In this document: positions 30,301-40,576 of the stretch, piece after piece
Layout: every line of letters begins with the position of its first letter
Numbering within the stretch: position 1 is the stretch's first letter
Assembly: GCA_963771075.1 (NCBI GenBank)
Contig: CAVYSE010000020.1
Coordinates: 11,385 to 75,384, forward strand
Length of the DNA stretch: 64,000 bases
DNA from: a candidate division FCPU426 bacterium
GTDB taxonomy: Bacteria; Oederibacteriota; Muellerivitia; Muellerivitales; Muellerivitaceae
Direction of reading: 5' to 3'
The notes under the pieces: model-generated
Told to the model about the DNA's origin: nothing
Databases searched by the model: none
Seen by the model: the letters and a program-made list of their open reading frames with translations, nothing else
Translations under genes and position numbers: made by a program

Positions 30301-32796
30301 ACGCCGGTCTCTTGCTCCCCCGCGCTTCTTTCTTCTTATGTTTTCGATACCGGCACCCAATGCTGGACCGCTTGGGGTTCCGTCACGGCCACCGTTTCGC
30401 AGGACACGACGAACTATTACGCAGGGGGCGGCTCCCTAAAGGTCGTATTGCCCTTCACCAGCAATATCCAACAGGAACAGATCGGCATCCAGTTCCCAGG
30501 CTCGGGCGTCGCCATCCCCGCCGGGAGCACCATCAGCATGGAGGTCATGGCCTCCAACAATGGGAACGCCCTGCAATTGTTTGACCAGAGCGGCGCGAAC
30601 GCGGTTAGTTGGGACGCCGGAGGCTGGGTGAACGCGGGAGGCTATGCCGCCGGAACCTGGTTCCCGGTCTCCTACATGGTCAACCCGGGAGCACCCACAT
30701 CCGTCGTCCAATTCGGTTTGGAGGTTCCCGCGGGTTCGGGATCGAGCTACGCCAACGGACTTCCGGTCACGGTCTGGATCGACAACGTGACCATCACCCC
30801 ACCCGTTTATTGCCCGGTCACGATGGTCGACGCTTTCGCGACTGAGGGCTCGGTCAACCTCTGGGGTGGGACCTGGACGACGATCGGTTCCGCGGACACG
30901 ATTGGCGTGACCTACGACGGCCCCGGGACCAATGGGGATCCCTATTCAGCGGGTGTGACGGGAACCCTGGCCACGGGCGGCTGGGCCAATTGGTACACGT
31001 TCCTTTACGCCACCGACACGGTCTTCGACGCGGCGGCCAACGGCCTCCAGGGCATCCAGTTTTGGATGAAGGGGGACGGCGGCACCTACCGCATGGTGGT
31101 CTTTTCCCAAGCGGTGACGGACAACGACTATTACGGTGTGAATGTCACTCCTCCCAACGACGGCAACTGGCATTTTTACCCCGTGCCCTTTTCCTCCATG
31201 GTGACCGTGGGATGGGGAACCCAGACGGGCTTGCCGAGCCACTTCGGGGCCACCGACCTTTTGGGCCTCCAATTTGAGACCGTGACCGCGCCGTCCACCT
31301 TCGCATTCTCCGTGGATCAGATCGCATTTTATTGTTCCACCACGGCCGTCCCCACCCCGACCTTGACGGTTTCAGCCACGGCTACGAAGAGTCCCACCCC
31401 CACCGTGACGCCCACTCCCACAAGCACCAACCTGGCAGGTTACACCTCCACTGTCACGAAGACCCAGACAGTCACGGCTACATCCACGATGACCCTAACG
31501 CCCACCGTCACCTTGTCTCCCACGGTGACCTTGTCACCCACCGTGACCTTGTCGGTCACTCCCACGAACACCAACCTGGGGGGCCTGACCTCCACCGTGA
31601 CCCTCACCCCGACCACCACCCCCACCTCCGTGGTGGTGGCCGTCAGCTCGGGTTCCACCGGCGCCGTCAATGTCTCGCCCGGAACCAGCAACGTGCCGGC
31701 CCTGCAGGGCAACTTGATCAACCTCGGCACTGCGCCGGTCACCCTTACCAACCTGACCTTGACCGACTTCGGCACGGGAAACCCCGGGAATATCGTTACC
31801 CTCTACGCGGTGATCAACGGGTCCTACGTGAGCCCCATCTCGGCCTTTGCCGGAACCACGGCTACGATCAATTTGAACAACTACGTCCTGAATGGTTCCG
31901 CGAATCAAACCCTGCAGATCATGGTGAGTTTCTCCGACAGCGCGTTGGGAACCTACCAATTGTCGATCGGCTATTTTAACGGGATCAGCGGCAATAACGG
32001 CCAACCGGCTTCCTTCACGGGATTCCCGGTGGAGGGTTATATGGTGAATTGCGAACCGCCCACCTCGACTTTCACATCGACCCCGACGGCTTCCGCGACG
32101 GCCACCCCGACGGCGACCCTTACGGCCACTTGGAGTGCTACCGTCGTCCCCACGGGAACCATTACGGTGACACCCTCGACCTCGCCGACCGTGACCCGTA
32201 CGCCCACCATCACCTCCACCGGCACCTTCACGGCCACCCCGACCTCCACCTACTCGGCGACCCGGACCCCGACATGGACCTTCACCTAGCCCCACCCCTA
32301 CGTCCACAGCGACTTTCACGGCCACTTCTACCCCCACACCACAAACACCTCTACGATGACCCCCACGCCCACCTTCTCCGGCACCTGGACGGTCACGTCC
32401 ACCCCCACGACCACGAGTTCCCTGACGGTCACCGTCACTCCGACGATCACCGCCACGCCAACAGCGACCTCCACCGAGGTACCCCTGGTGGCCGGGTCTT
32501 CCCTGAAAGTATTGCCTCCACAAGGGGGCGCTTATGTGGCCCCGGACCCGGTCTCGGGGAATACCGCGATGTTGGCCTATTGGATGGCCTCCTCCGGAAC
32601 GGCCCATATCCGTATTTTCAACGTCGTCGGCCAGTTAACGGCAAGGCAGGATGAAGAGAAGGCGGCGGGGGCTCAATCCAGCCTGTTGAACCTGGGCGGA
32701 TACGCCGCGGGCGTGTACCTGTACAAGATCGACATGAACTACGACTCGGGCGGGACGGACTCCGTGCCGGTATCGAAGTTTTTGGTGGTGCGCTAA
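27350..32796 (+). pseudogene. ~1,800 aa secreted protein: signal peptide, Ig-like/beta domains, six-bladed NHL-repeat propeller, CBM-like modules, Pro/Thr linkers, T9SS-type C-terminal domain. Interrupted by an in-frame TAA (27422) and three frameshifts. Track ORFs 27473..28984, 28825..32289 and 32356..32796 are segments.
   Basis: ATG at 27350 with GGAGG 8 nt upstream. MKFNPMGGNGSTITPEESFLGRKS-TAA-GSLGVFWAFLLVAGGWLLSPGAIAQ is a signal peptide with an in-frame stop. A C5 run at 28970-28974 is one C short. There is a compensating +1/-1 pair in the Pro/Thr linker at about 32285 and 32340. Six NHL repeats (GNVYV.D.ENNLIQEFTS.GSFLTQWGG.G.GNG.F). The C-terminus IRIFNVVGQL...GGYAAGVYLYKIDM...KFLVVR is a T9SS C-terminal domain. 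Confidence 0.75.
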
Positions 32797-32819
32797 TGAG
32801 GCCGCAGGGAGGTAAGTCC

Positions 32820-34211
32820 ATGAAAACCACGGCTTATCAGCTCCTGGGGTGGGCACTGCTCCTGGCGTTCGCTTGGGCGGCGGCAGACAGGTGCGGAGCC
32901 CAGGCCCTTTCCACCGCGTCCATCCAGAACCCTTTTGAAAGCTCCGAGGCCTCGGCCCGCTCCATGGGGATGGGCGGCGCCTTCGTGGGGGTGGCGGACG
33001 ATTCCTCGGCTCTATTCTTCAATCCCGCCGGATTAGGAAACCTGAGGGGGATCGACCTGGCGGTCGACCACCAGATTGGTTTGGCTGGCATTACCGAGGA
33101 CCTCTTGATTCTGGGACTCCCCCTGGGCCAGGGCTATGGCCTGGGCATCAGCGGCCAATTCGTGAATTACGGCAGTTTCGACGGCAGGACTGCCGATGGA
33201 ACCCCAACGGCCAGCCCCACCGCCTACCAGGCGGGTTTCGCCCTGGGAGGGGGAATGGAACTCGTCCCGGGTTTTTTCATGGGGGCGGGCCTCCAGGGAA
33301 CCGTTCAACAGTTGTCTTTGAGTAGCTACACCCTGTTCAATGGAAACGCGGGATTGTTATATGTCATTCCAGGCGGTTGGCGATTGGGGGCCTCATACGG
33401 CGGATGGGGAACGGCGGCGGTGAACGCGAACGCCCCCGCGATCCTTCGGGCCGGGGTTTCGAAACTTTTTTCGGGAAAGGGGCCTTTCTCTCTTCTGGCG
33501 GCGGCTTCTTACGATTACGAGTCCCAATTCGGCAGTGACGCCCTCGTGGGCCTGGAGGGTGCCTACCGGAAGAACTTTTTCGTGCGTGTGGGTTTCCAGG
33601 GGAACCTGCAAGATAGCGGCATAAACGGGTTCCAGGGCCTCACGGCGGGTGCCGGCCTGGCATTCGCGGACTTCAGCCTGGATTACGCTTTCGAGCCCTT
33701 CGGCGACGTTGGTACCACCAACCGGGTGAGCCTGGCCTACCGCTTTGGGACCGAACCCACTCCGGCGGCTCCTGTCTCCAAGATTCCCACAACCCGGCCG
33801 GTCATCCAGACGACAGCCCCCAACCCAGGCCAGCCCCAGCCGGTCCAAAGCAACCCGGCAGGAACAGGCCAGTCCTTGACCGTTCAGTTTGACCTGGTTT
33901 CCCAGGACATGGCCAAAGCCCAGACCTTGGAACAGGAGGGCCGCTCGAAGGACGCGGTGAGAGCTTATCTTGCGGTCATCAAGGACGATCCCCAGAACGC
34001 CAAGGCTTGGTGGCGTTTGGGCAATCTCTACTACCATATGAACTACAAAGCCTACGCGGTCCAGTGTTTTGAAACCGTCCTCAAGTTGAAGCCTGATATC
34101 AAAACCCTGGCGGATTGGCTGGAAAAATACAAGGCCTCCCCGGAAAACCCGGCTTCAAACGCCTCTGGGGTGCAAACCCCGGTTATTCCCTCGACCCCCG
34201 GGCCCCAATAA
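32820..34211 (+). CDS. PorV/FadL-like outer-membrane beta-barrel fused to a C-terminal TPR module
   Basis: ATG at 32820 after GGGAGG. Signal peptide. SMGMGGAFVGVADDSSALFFNPAGLG is the N-terminal signature shared by FadL/PorV-type outer-membrane channels. C-terminal AKAWWRLGNLYYHMNYKAYAVQCFETVLKLKPD is TPR. Confidence 0.65.
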   Translation: MKTTAYQLLGWALLLAFAWAAADRCGAQALSTASIQNPFESSEASARSMGMGGAFVGVADDSSALFFNPAGLGNLRGIDLAVDHQIGLAGITEDLLILGLPLGQGYGLGISGQFVNYGSFDGRTADGTPTASPTAYQAGFALGGGMELVPGFFMGAGLQGTVQQLSLSSYTLFNGNAGLLYVIPGGWRLGASYGGWGTAAVNANAPAILRAGVSKLFSGKGPFSLLAAASYDYESQFGSDALVGLEGAYRKNFFVRVGFQGNLQDSGINGFQGLTAGAGLAFADFSLDYAFEPFGDVGTTNRVSLAYRFGTEPTPAAPVSKIPTTRPVIQTTAPNPGQPQPVQSNPAGTGQSLTVQFDLVSQDMAKAQTLEQEGRSKDAVRAYLAVIKDDPQNAKAWWRLGNLYYHMNYKAYAVQCFETVLKLKPDIKTLADWLEKYKASPENPASNASGVQTPVIPSTPGPQ

Positions 34212-34501
34212 TTGGGCCTTTCAGCAGGGAGCTAGTCGAGGCTCGACCCGTTTTTGGATGAAATGATGTTCAAATTGATCGTCTGACCAATGCTTTATAC
34301 TTGTCGAGTGCGTGTGGGTGGCAGCTTCATTTGGGAGGCGATTGATCAAAAAGTTGGTATGAATAACGGTCCTCTTCAACTCCATCCTCTTGCGGATACC
34401 CCACTTTCCCGGACCCCTTTTCAGCAAATCCACCGAAACCAGTTTAGGCCACAGTTGTCCGGCCACCGGCTGTCAGCAATTATTTAGAAAAAGGAGCGAT
34501 T

Positions 34502-36886
34502 ATGGAAACGATGAGAAGGGTTATAAAGATGGCCGGTTTTTTAGCCTTTATTTTTGGAGGCTTGGGAATCGGTTCGGGGCTATGGGCACAATATTCGAAT
34601 GAGGATGGGAGCGGCGATTTATGGACGGGAACGGGCTCCTCCGCCTCCGGGAATTGGAGCACCGCCACCGGTGAGTACAGCACCGCCACTGGGACAAGCA
34701 GCTCGGCATACGGACAGGCTGCCACGGCCAGCGGGCTGAGCAGCATCGCCATCGGGAATCTGAGTAATGCCGGAGCGAGTTGGACTACCGCCGTTGGATC
34801 GGAAAGCAACGCCGCCGGACTGGGCAGCTCGGCCTACGGGGATGCCGCCACCGCCACAGGAACTAGCAGCACCGCCCTCGGCAATAACAGCACTGCCAGC
34901 GGGAATTGGAGCACGGCCACCGGAGAGGGCAGCAACGCTGGGGGAACTTCCAGCGCTGCTTACGGGCAATCCGCCACCGCCACCGGATCGGGTAGCATAG
35001 CCATCGGGAATCAGAGCAACGCCAGCGGGAATTGGAGCACGGCTACCGGAGAAGACAGCAACGCCCTCGGGATTTCCAGCTCCGCTTACGGGCAAGCCGC
35101 CACGGCCAGCGGGAATTGGAGTACCGCCGTTGGGAATTTAAGCTCCGCCAGCGCGACTGACAGCACCGCCCTCGGCAATAACAGCACCGCCAGTGGAAAC
35201 TGGACCACCGCCGTGGGCGAAAACAGCAGCGCCAGCGGGGTTGCCAGCTCTGCTTATGGGCAAGCCGCCACTGCCAGCGGGCTGAGCAGCATCGCTATCG
35301 GGAATCAGAGCAATGCCGAAGGAAACTGGAGTGTCGTTGTCGGCTCGGACAGCAGCGCCACCGGGACTTCCAGCGCCGCCTATGGTCAATCCGCCACCGC
35401 CACCGGATCGGAAAGCATTGCTATCGGGAACAAGAGTAACGCCACTGGGAACTGGAGCGCCTCCGTGGGTGGAGACAGTACCGCTAGCGGAACTTCCAGC
35501 GACGCTTTCGGGCAGGGTGCCACGGCGAGTGGGAACTGGAGCACCGCCATCGGGAATTTAAGCTCTGCCAGCGCCACCGACGCTACCGCCATCGGAAATT
35601 CCAGCACAGCCAGCGGAAACTGGAGCACAGCCACCGGCCAGGGCAGCATGGCCAGCGGGGCGAACAGCACTGCGATTGGGGTAGGGAGTTCAGCCTCAAA
35701 TTATGGAAGCTCAGCTTTTGGAGCTGGCGCCACCGCCACGGGATCCTACGGCACCGCCACAGGATATGAAAGTAATGCGGTTCAAGCGGGCGATACCGCC
35801 TATGGTGTCAGCGCCATCGCTAGCGGATATTTAAGCACGGCCACGGGTTTTGCAAGCAATGCCAGCGGTTGGGAAAGTACCGCTACTGGAGTAGCCTGCA
35901 CGGTCATTGGGGATTACAGCACCGCCACGGGGTCTTTCAGTACCGCAAGCGGGACTAATTGCACCGCGAACGGATACGGAAGTAGCGCGAGTATTTATAA
36001 CAGCACCGCCACGGGATATGAAAGCATGGCATCAAATTCCTTCAGCACCGCATATGGGGCGGAAGCCATAGCCAGCGGTGAGAACAGCACTGCCACTGGA
36101 TTTTTAAGCACCGCCAGTAATACATACAGCACGGCTACAGGATGTAACAGCAATGCGAGTGGGTTGAATAGTACTGCCGCCGGTTTTAGCAGTAACGCCA
36201 GAGGTAGCAACAGTACCGCTACTGGCTCTTACAGCCAGGCCACCACAACGAATAGTTCGGCTTATGGCGTCAGCGCAATCGCAAGCGGTATCAACAGTAC
36301 TGCAACAGGAACAAACAGCACCGCCGTCAACCAAGGGGACACGGCTTACGGTGGATTCGCCACCGCAAACGGTTCTTTTAGCACATCCCTGGGGGAATAC
36401 AGCGCCTCCACGGGCGTCAATAGCACCGCAGTGGGGTCCGGAAGTATCGCCAGCGGAAATAACAGCACGGCCATCGGGGCTAATAGCGTGGCGAGCGCGA
36501 ACAATAGCGTCGCCTTGGGGACGGGGTCCTTGGCGAACCAACAAAATATCGTCTCGGTCGGAAACGCCAACACCGGTTTGACCCGCCGCATCACCAACGT
36601 GGCGCCTGGAGTAGCCAGCACCGACGCGGCCAACGTGGGGCAGTTGACCAGTTCCGCCCAGACGGCCGGGGTCATGGTGGGGGCGGCCGCCAACGCTTCC
36701 ATGGGATTGATGGGGCTTCCAGGCGCGACTCGGGTGGCCCTGGGCACGAGCGTCATGGGCAACCAGGTGGGGATGGGCCTGGCCGTACAAAGGAGCTTTG
36801 ATAGTTGGGCCGCCTCCCTGAGTACCTCCACCGATGGAAATCTTGATTACATGCAGGTAGGCGGCTCGGTCGGTATCAGCTTTTAA
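34502..36886 (+). CDS. YadA-like trimeric autotransporter adhesin (type Vc)
   Basis: Signal peptide. More than 40 head repeats of the S.A.G..S.A.G type (NSTASGNWSTATGEGSNAGG...). Neck/stalk motif NVAPGVASTDAANVGQL. C-terminal membrane anchor ending ...VGGSVGISF. Confidence 0.85.
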   Translation: METMRRVIKMAGFLAFIFGGLGIGSGLWAQYSNEDGSGDLWTGTGSSASGNWSTATGEYSTATGTSSSAYGQAATASGLSSIAIGNLSNAGASWTTAVGSESNAAGLGSSAYGDAATATGTSSTALGNNSTASGNWSTATGEGSNAGGTSSAAYGQSATATGSGSIAIGNQSNASGNWSTATGEDSNALGISSSAYGQAATASGNWSTAVGNLSSASATDSTALGNNSTASGNWTTAVGENSSASGVASSAYGQAATASGLSSIAIGNQSNAEGNWSVVVGSDSSATGTSSAAYGQSATATGSESIAIGNKSNATGNWSASVGGDSTASGTSSDAFGQGATASGNWSTAIGNLSSASATDATAIGNSSTASGNWSTATGQGSMASGANSTAIGVGSSASNYGSSAFGAGATATGSYGTATGYESNAVQAGDTAYGVSAIASGYLSTATGFASNASGWESTATGVACTVIGDYSTATGSFSTASGTNCTANGYGSSASIYNSTATGYESMASNSFSTAYGAEAIASGENSTATGFLSTASNTYSTATGCNSNASGLNSTAAGFSSNARGSNSTATGSYSQATTTNSSAYGVSAIASGINSTATGTNSTAVNQGDTAYGGFATANGSFSTSLGEYSASTGVNSTAVGSGSIASGNNSTAIGANSVASANNSVALGTGSLANQQNIVSVGNANTGLTRRITNVAPGVASTDAANVGQLTSSAQTAGVMVGAAANASMGLMGLPGATRVALGTSVMGNQVGMGLAVQRSFDSWAASLSTSTDGNLDYMQVGGSVGISF

Positions 36887-36999
36887 ATTGCGGTTTTATG
36901 ATCTAAATTTTTCTCCAAGACCCCCGGTTGACCCGCCGGGTGCCTTGGACGAATAGGCCTGTGAAATGCGGTAATAGATTTAGGGAGAGAAACCAAACC

Positions 37000-37668
37000 A
37001 TGAAAAAGATATCTACTGATGGCTTTCTAAGATGGGTTTTGCCGACCGTGCTATTCATCGGCACCCCCTGTTTACTGGGGGCTCAACCCGCCGTCGATTT
37101 CAGCAACATGGACAAGGGTTTGAGGGCCGAAAAGGCCGGGGATTATCCCCAGGCCCTGAAATGGTACCGGATGGTTGCCGATGAGGGAGCCTCCGCCGAA
37201 TGCAACATCGGCACGATGTACGCCCAAGGGTATGGGGTGACCCGAAATTACCAGGAAGCCATGAGGTGGTTTCTCATGGCCGCAGGGCAAGGGAACGCGT
37301 CGGCCCAGTGCAATATCGGAGTGATGTTCGAAAAGGGGCGTGGTGTGACGGTGGACAACCAAAAAGCCATTGATTGGTACCAAAAGGCCGCCGCCCAGGG
37401 AAACGCCCTGGCGGAGTTCAATATTGGAAATTTATACGAATCGCGGGGCAGGCCCCAGGATTACCCGGAGGCCCTGAAGTGGTACCAGAAGGCCGCCGCC
37501 CAGGGCTTTCCTCCGGCGGAATGCGGCATGGGGTCGCTGTTCGCCAAGGGCCGGGGCGTGACCCAGGATTATAAGGAGGCCTTGGAGTGGTACCAGAAAG
37601 CCGCCGCGCAAGGCTACGAGCCAGCCCAAAAGGTGATCGAAGAAATCAAAAAAATAATGGCTAAGTGA
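37000..37668 (+). CDS. Sel1-repeat (SLR) protein with signal peptide
   Basis: ATG at 37000 after AGGGAGAG. Six repeats of the ..A..WY.KAA.QG.A.A...G.MY..G.GV..D...A..W form. Confidence 0.85.
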   Translation: MKKISTDGFLRWVLPTVLFIGTPCLLGAQPAVDFSNMDKGLRAEKAGDYPQALKWYRMVADEGASAECNIGTMYAQGYGVTRNYQEAMRWFLMAAGQGNASAQCNIGVMFEKGRGVTVDNQKAIDWYQKAAAQGNALAEFNIGNLYESRGRPQDYPEALKWYQKAAAQGFPPAECGMGSLFAKGRGVTQDYKEALEWYQKAAAQGYEPAQKVIEEIKKIMAK

Positions 37669-37887
37669 ATAATTTTCTATTTTCCAAGACGGGGAGCCAT
37701 CTATAAATCTGGGAGAAAAATGGAGGTCGACTATAAGTCATAAAAATCTTATGCTCCTTGTTGCTGGATATTTTCTTGCTCTAGCCACCTTTCTCCATGC
37801 CGGAGTCGTCTCCTTGACAGAGACGGAAGTCTTGCGGCTCAAGGCCCTGGTAAAGTCCATCCCGTAAGCCATTAGAAGGAGTCCAAA

Positions 37888-38259
37888 ATGCCGGACGCAA
37901 ATATTTATATGGAAAGGCGGGTTGCCCCGAGGATTAAGGTCAATGTCCCTGTTAAGTACCGTTTTCTTGAGGACGAAAAGGAAATAAAAACCGTATTGGA
38001 GCATCGGGAAAGGGAAAAAAGCGCTCTTGCCATGGATATCAGCCTGGGTGGAATGCAAATTACCACGGACCAGGCGATTGAAGAAGGGGACGTTCTGGAA
38101 TTTGAAATCATATTGCCGGATCTTTCCGAAAGCTTGTCTGCTATTGCCCGAGTGGTTTGGGCGAATGAGAACACCGGGGGTATTCATTTTTTAAAGTTAA
38201 GCGAAGAGGATTTTTTGGTGCTAAAAGTTTACGTACATAAGGCCACCATGAATCAGTAG
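37888..38259 (+). CDS. PilZ-domain protein (putative c-di-GMP receptor)
   Basis: RxxxR (RVAPRIK) and D-x-S-x-G-G (DISLGGMQI) signature motifs with the correct spacing. Confidence 0.75.
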   Translation: MPDANIYMERRVAPRIKVNVPVKYRFLEDEKEIKTVLEHREREKSALAMDISLGGMQITTDQAIEEGDVLEFEIILPDLSESLSAIARVVWANENTGGIHFLKLSEEDFLVLKVYVHKATMNQ

Positions 38260-38371
38260 CATTATTCAAAAGGACGATGGCGTTGGTATCCACGAAGGGG
38301 AACTGGATTAGACAAGTCTTCCCGATGAGAGAGGCACAAGCCCACAGTTGTATGTCCGATAAGGGGCAAAC

Positions 38372-40303
38372 ATGAAAATAACTTTGCCAGCGGCAGTTGT
38401 TTGTTTCCTCCTCCTCGGCTTCGCAAACCCAGTTGGCGCCCAAGTCCCGGCCAATTACAGCCTGGTTTGGAGCGACGAGTTTTCCGGCCCTCCGGGTAGT
38501 TCCCCCAACCCCGCTAACTGGGCTTATCAAACCGGCGCGACCGGATTCGGGAACAACGATCTTCAAAATTACACCGCCGACCCGGCAAACTCGCAGATTG
38601 TGGCCGACCCCAACGCCACGGACGGCAGCGCCCTGGCCATCATCGCCCTGGACCCGGGCGGCAACAACGGCCAGCTGGGCGATTACACCTCGGCGATGAT
38701 CCAAAGCCTCGGCCTGCAGAGTTTCCAATACGGCTATGTGGAGGCACGCATCCAAATGCCCACCGCGCCGGGCATGCATCCCACCTTTTGGATGATGGGC
38801 ACCGACTACCCAACCATCGGCTGGCCCAAGTGCGGCGAGCTGGACATCATGGAAAACAACGGCCAACCCGCCAACCAATCCCTCAATTTCGGTTCCATCC
38901 ACGGCCCGAACTATACTGGCGCCGAATACGGGACCACCTACACGCTTCCGGCCGGACAGCAGTTCCAAAACGCCTACCACACCTTCTCCATCCTTTGGCA
39001 GCAGGATCAGATCGCCTATGGGGTGGATGGCAACACCTACGAAACCTTCACGCCCTCGAACATCGGGGGCAATAGCTGGGTCTTCAACAACCCCTTCTAC
39101 TTTCTTTTGAGCCTGGAAATCGGGGGAAGTTGGCCCGGTCCGCCCACCGCCTCCACCTCTTTTCCCCAGACCTTCCTGGTGGATTACGTGCGGATTTATC
39201 AGCCCGATACCCCCACTCCGACGGGAGTCTGGTTGACTTCCACCCCCACCCTCACTCCCTCGCAGACTTCCAGCCCAACACCCACATTCACCCCGGGTGG
39301 GGTGGATTGTCCGGCCACGATGATCGACGACTTTGAGAACCAGGCCCTCAACGGTGTGCCCCCGGCCCGCCCCAACCTCTGGGGAGGCGCCTGGCAAACC
39401 TATTTTTCTTCCGCCACCATCGGCGTTACCTACAACGGTCCGGGGGCAGACGGCACCAACTATTCGGCGGGGATCACCGGAACCATAACTGCAAACAACG
39501 GTTATGCGGGCTGGCAGACGAAACTTTTTTCAAATTCGGCACCATTCAACGCGCCCGCCAACGGGCTCGACCGGATCCAATTTTGGTTCAGGGGGGACGG
39601 TAATGTTTACCGGGCCAACCTCTTGAACGCGGCCGTGACCGACGGCGATGCATATGGGGTGGATTTCCTTCCCCCCACGGGTGTTTGGACCTTTTACCAG
39701 GTTCCGTTCAACACCATGGCCCGGCAGGGGTTCGGTACCCAAACGGGCTTGCCCCTGCACCCCTCGGGGGCCGACTCGAAGGGGGTGGGTTTCCAGGTCG
39801 TCCAAACCCCCGCAGCTTTCGCCTACTCGGTGGACCAGGTCGCCTTTGCCTGTGATCTCCCGACCGCGACGCCTTATCTTAGCCCGACGGTCACCAACAC
39901 CCCCACGGCCAGCCTCACACCCACTATCACCCTGACGCCTACGATAACTTCCACCCCTACCATCACCTTGACCCCCACCGTCACGGGCACCCCCACGCCT
40001 ACGGCGGTGATTACTACCCAGTCCATCGGAGTGCCCTATCCAAACCCCGCAAAGGGTTTACCAGGGGTGAACTTCAATGTTCAGTCGCCAGAGGCCGCCA
40101 CCGTGGCCTGGGATGTCTTCACGACGGCCTTCAGGAAAATAGGTGGTGGAACTCAATCCATCACCGCTAGCGGCACAGTGACTTGGAACTTGAACGATAA
40201 CCAGGGCAATCCGGTGTCCAACGGCCTTTATTACGTCCGGGTGAAGGTCAATGACGGGTCGTCAACCATGACGAAGATTTTGAAGGTTCTGGTTATCCGG
40301 TAA
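38372..40303 (+). CDS. Secreted GH16 beta-glucanase (laminarinase-like), Pro/Thr linker, CBM-like module, T9SS C-terminal domain
   Basis: Catalytic motif GELDIMEN preceded by HPTFWMMG. A CBM-like ~170 aa module shared with the NHL protein (..RIQFWFRGDGNVYRANLL..YSVDQVAFAC). C-terminus VPYPNPAKGL...SNGLYYVRVKV...KILKVLVIR is a T9SS C-terminal domain. Confidence 0.85.
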   Translation: MKITLPAAVVCFLLLGFANPVGAQVPANYSLVWSDEFSGPPGSSPNPANWAYQTGATGFGNNDLQNYTADPANSQIVADPNATDGSALAIIALDPGGNNGQLGDYTSAMIQSLGLQSFQYGYVEARIQMPTAPGMHPTFWMMGTDYPTIGWPKCGELDIMENNGQPANQSLNFGSIHGPNYTGAEYGTTYTLPAGQQFQNAYHTFSILWQQDQIAYGVDGNTYETFTPSNIGGNSWVFNNPFYFLLSLEIGGSWPGPPTASTSFPQTFLVDYVRIYQPDTPTPTGVWLTSTPTLTPSQTSSPTPTFTPGGVDCPATMIDDFENQALNGVPPARPNLWGGAWQTYFSSATIGVTYNGPGADGTNYSAGITGTITANNGYAGWQTKLFSNSAPFNAPANGLDRIQFWFRGDGNVYRANLLNAAVTDGDAYGVDFLPPTGVWTFYQVPFNTMARQGFGTQTGLPLHPSGADSKGVGFQVVQTPAAFAYSVDQVAFACDLPTATPYLSPTVTNTPTASLTPTITLTPTITSTPTITLTPTVTGTPTPTAVITTQSIGVPYPNPAKGLPGVNFNVQSPEAATVAWDVFTTAFRKIGGGTQSITASGTVTWNLNDNQGNPVSNGLYYVRVKVNDGSSTMTKILKVLVIR

Positions 40304-40576
40304 CGGGAAACTCTTGTCAAATCCCATAGAATCTGGTCGTTAGATGAGTCAAGCACCCCGAAAATTGTCCAGGTCAGAAATCCGAATTGGACAGAATGAT
40401 CTTTTGAGATATAGCTTTCAGGTTAGTTAAAAGGAACTAAAAATCATTTTGGCGAAACCGAGCCGCAAGCGTTGTTTGATGTCAAAGCCATTCGTGGTCG
40501 GGGCTCTTCAAGACCTCTTTGGGCAAGCTGGTTCCCGGTTTTTTTAAAATAGGATTTCCGGGGGAACCGCACCAGC

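Noticed and set aside
28921-32607. Antisense ORFs 28921..29907 - and 31534..32607 - (and 38141..39397 - inside GH16)
   Set aside because: Same reason: Gly/Arg-rich shadow ORFs opposite well-supported genes.
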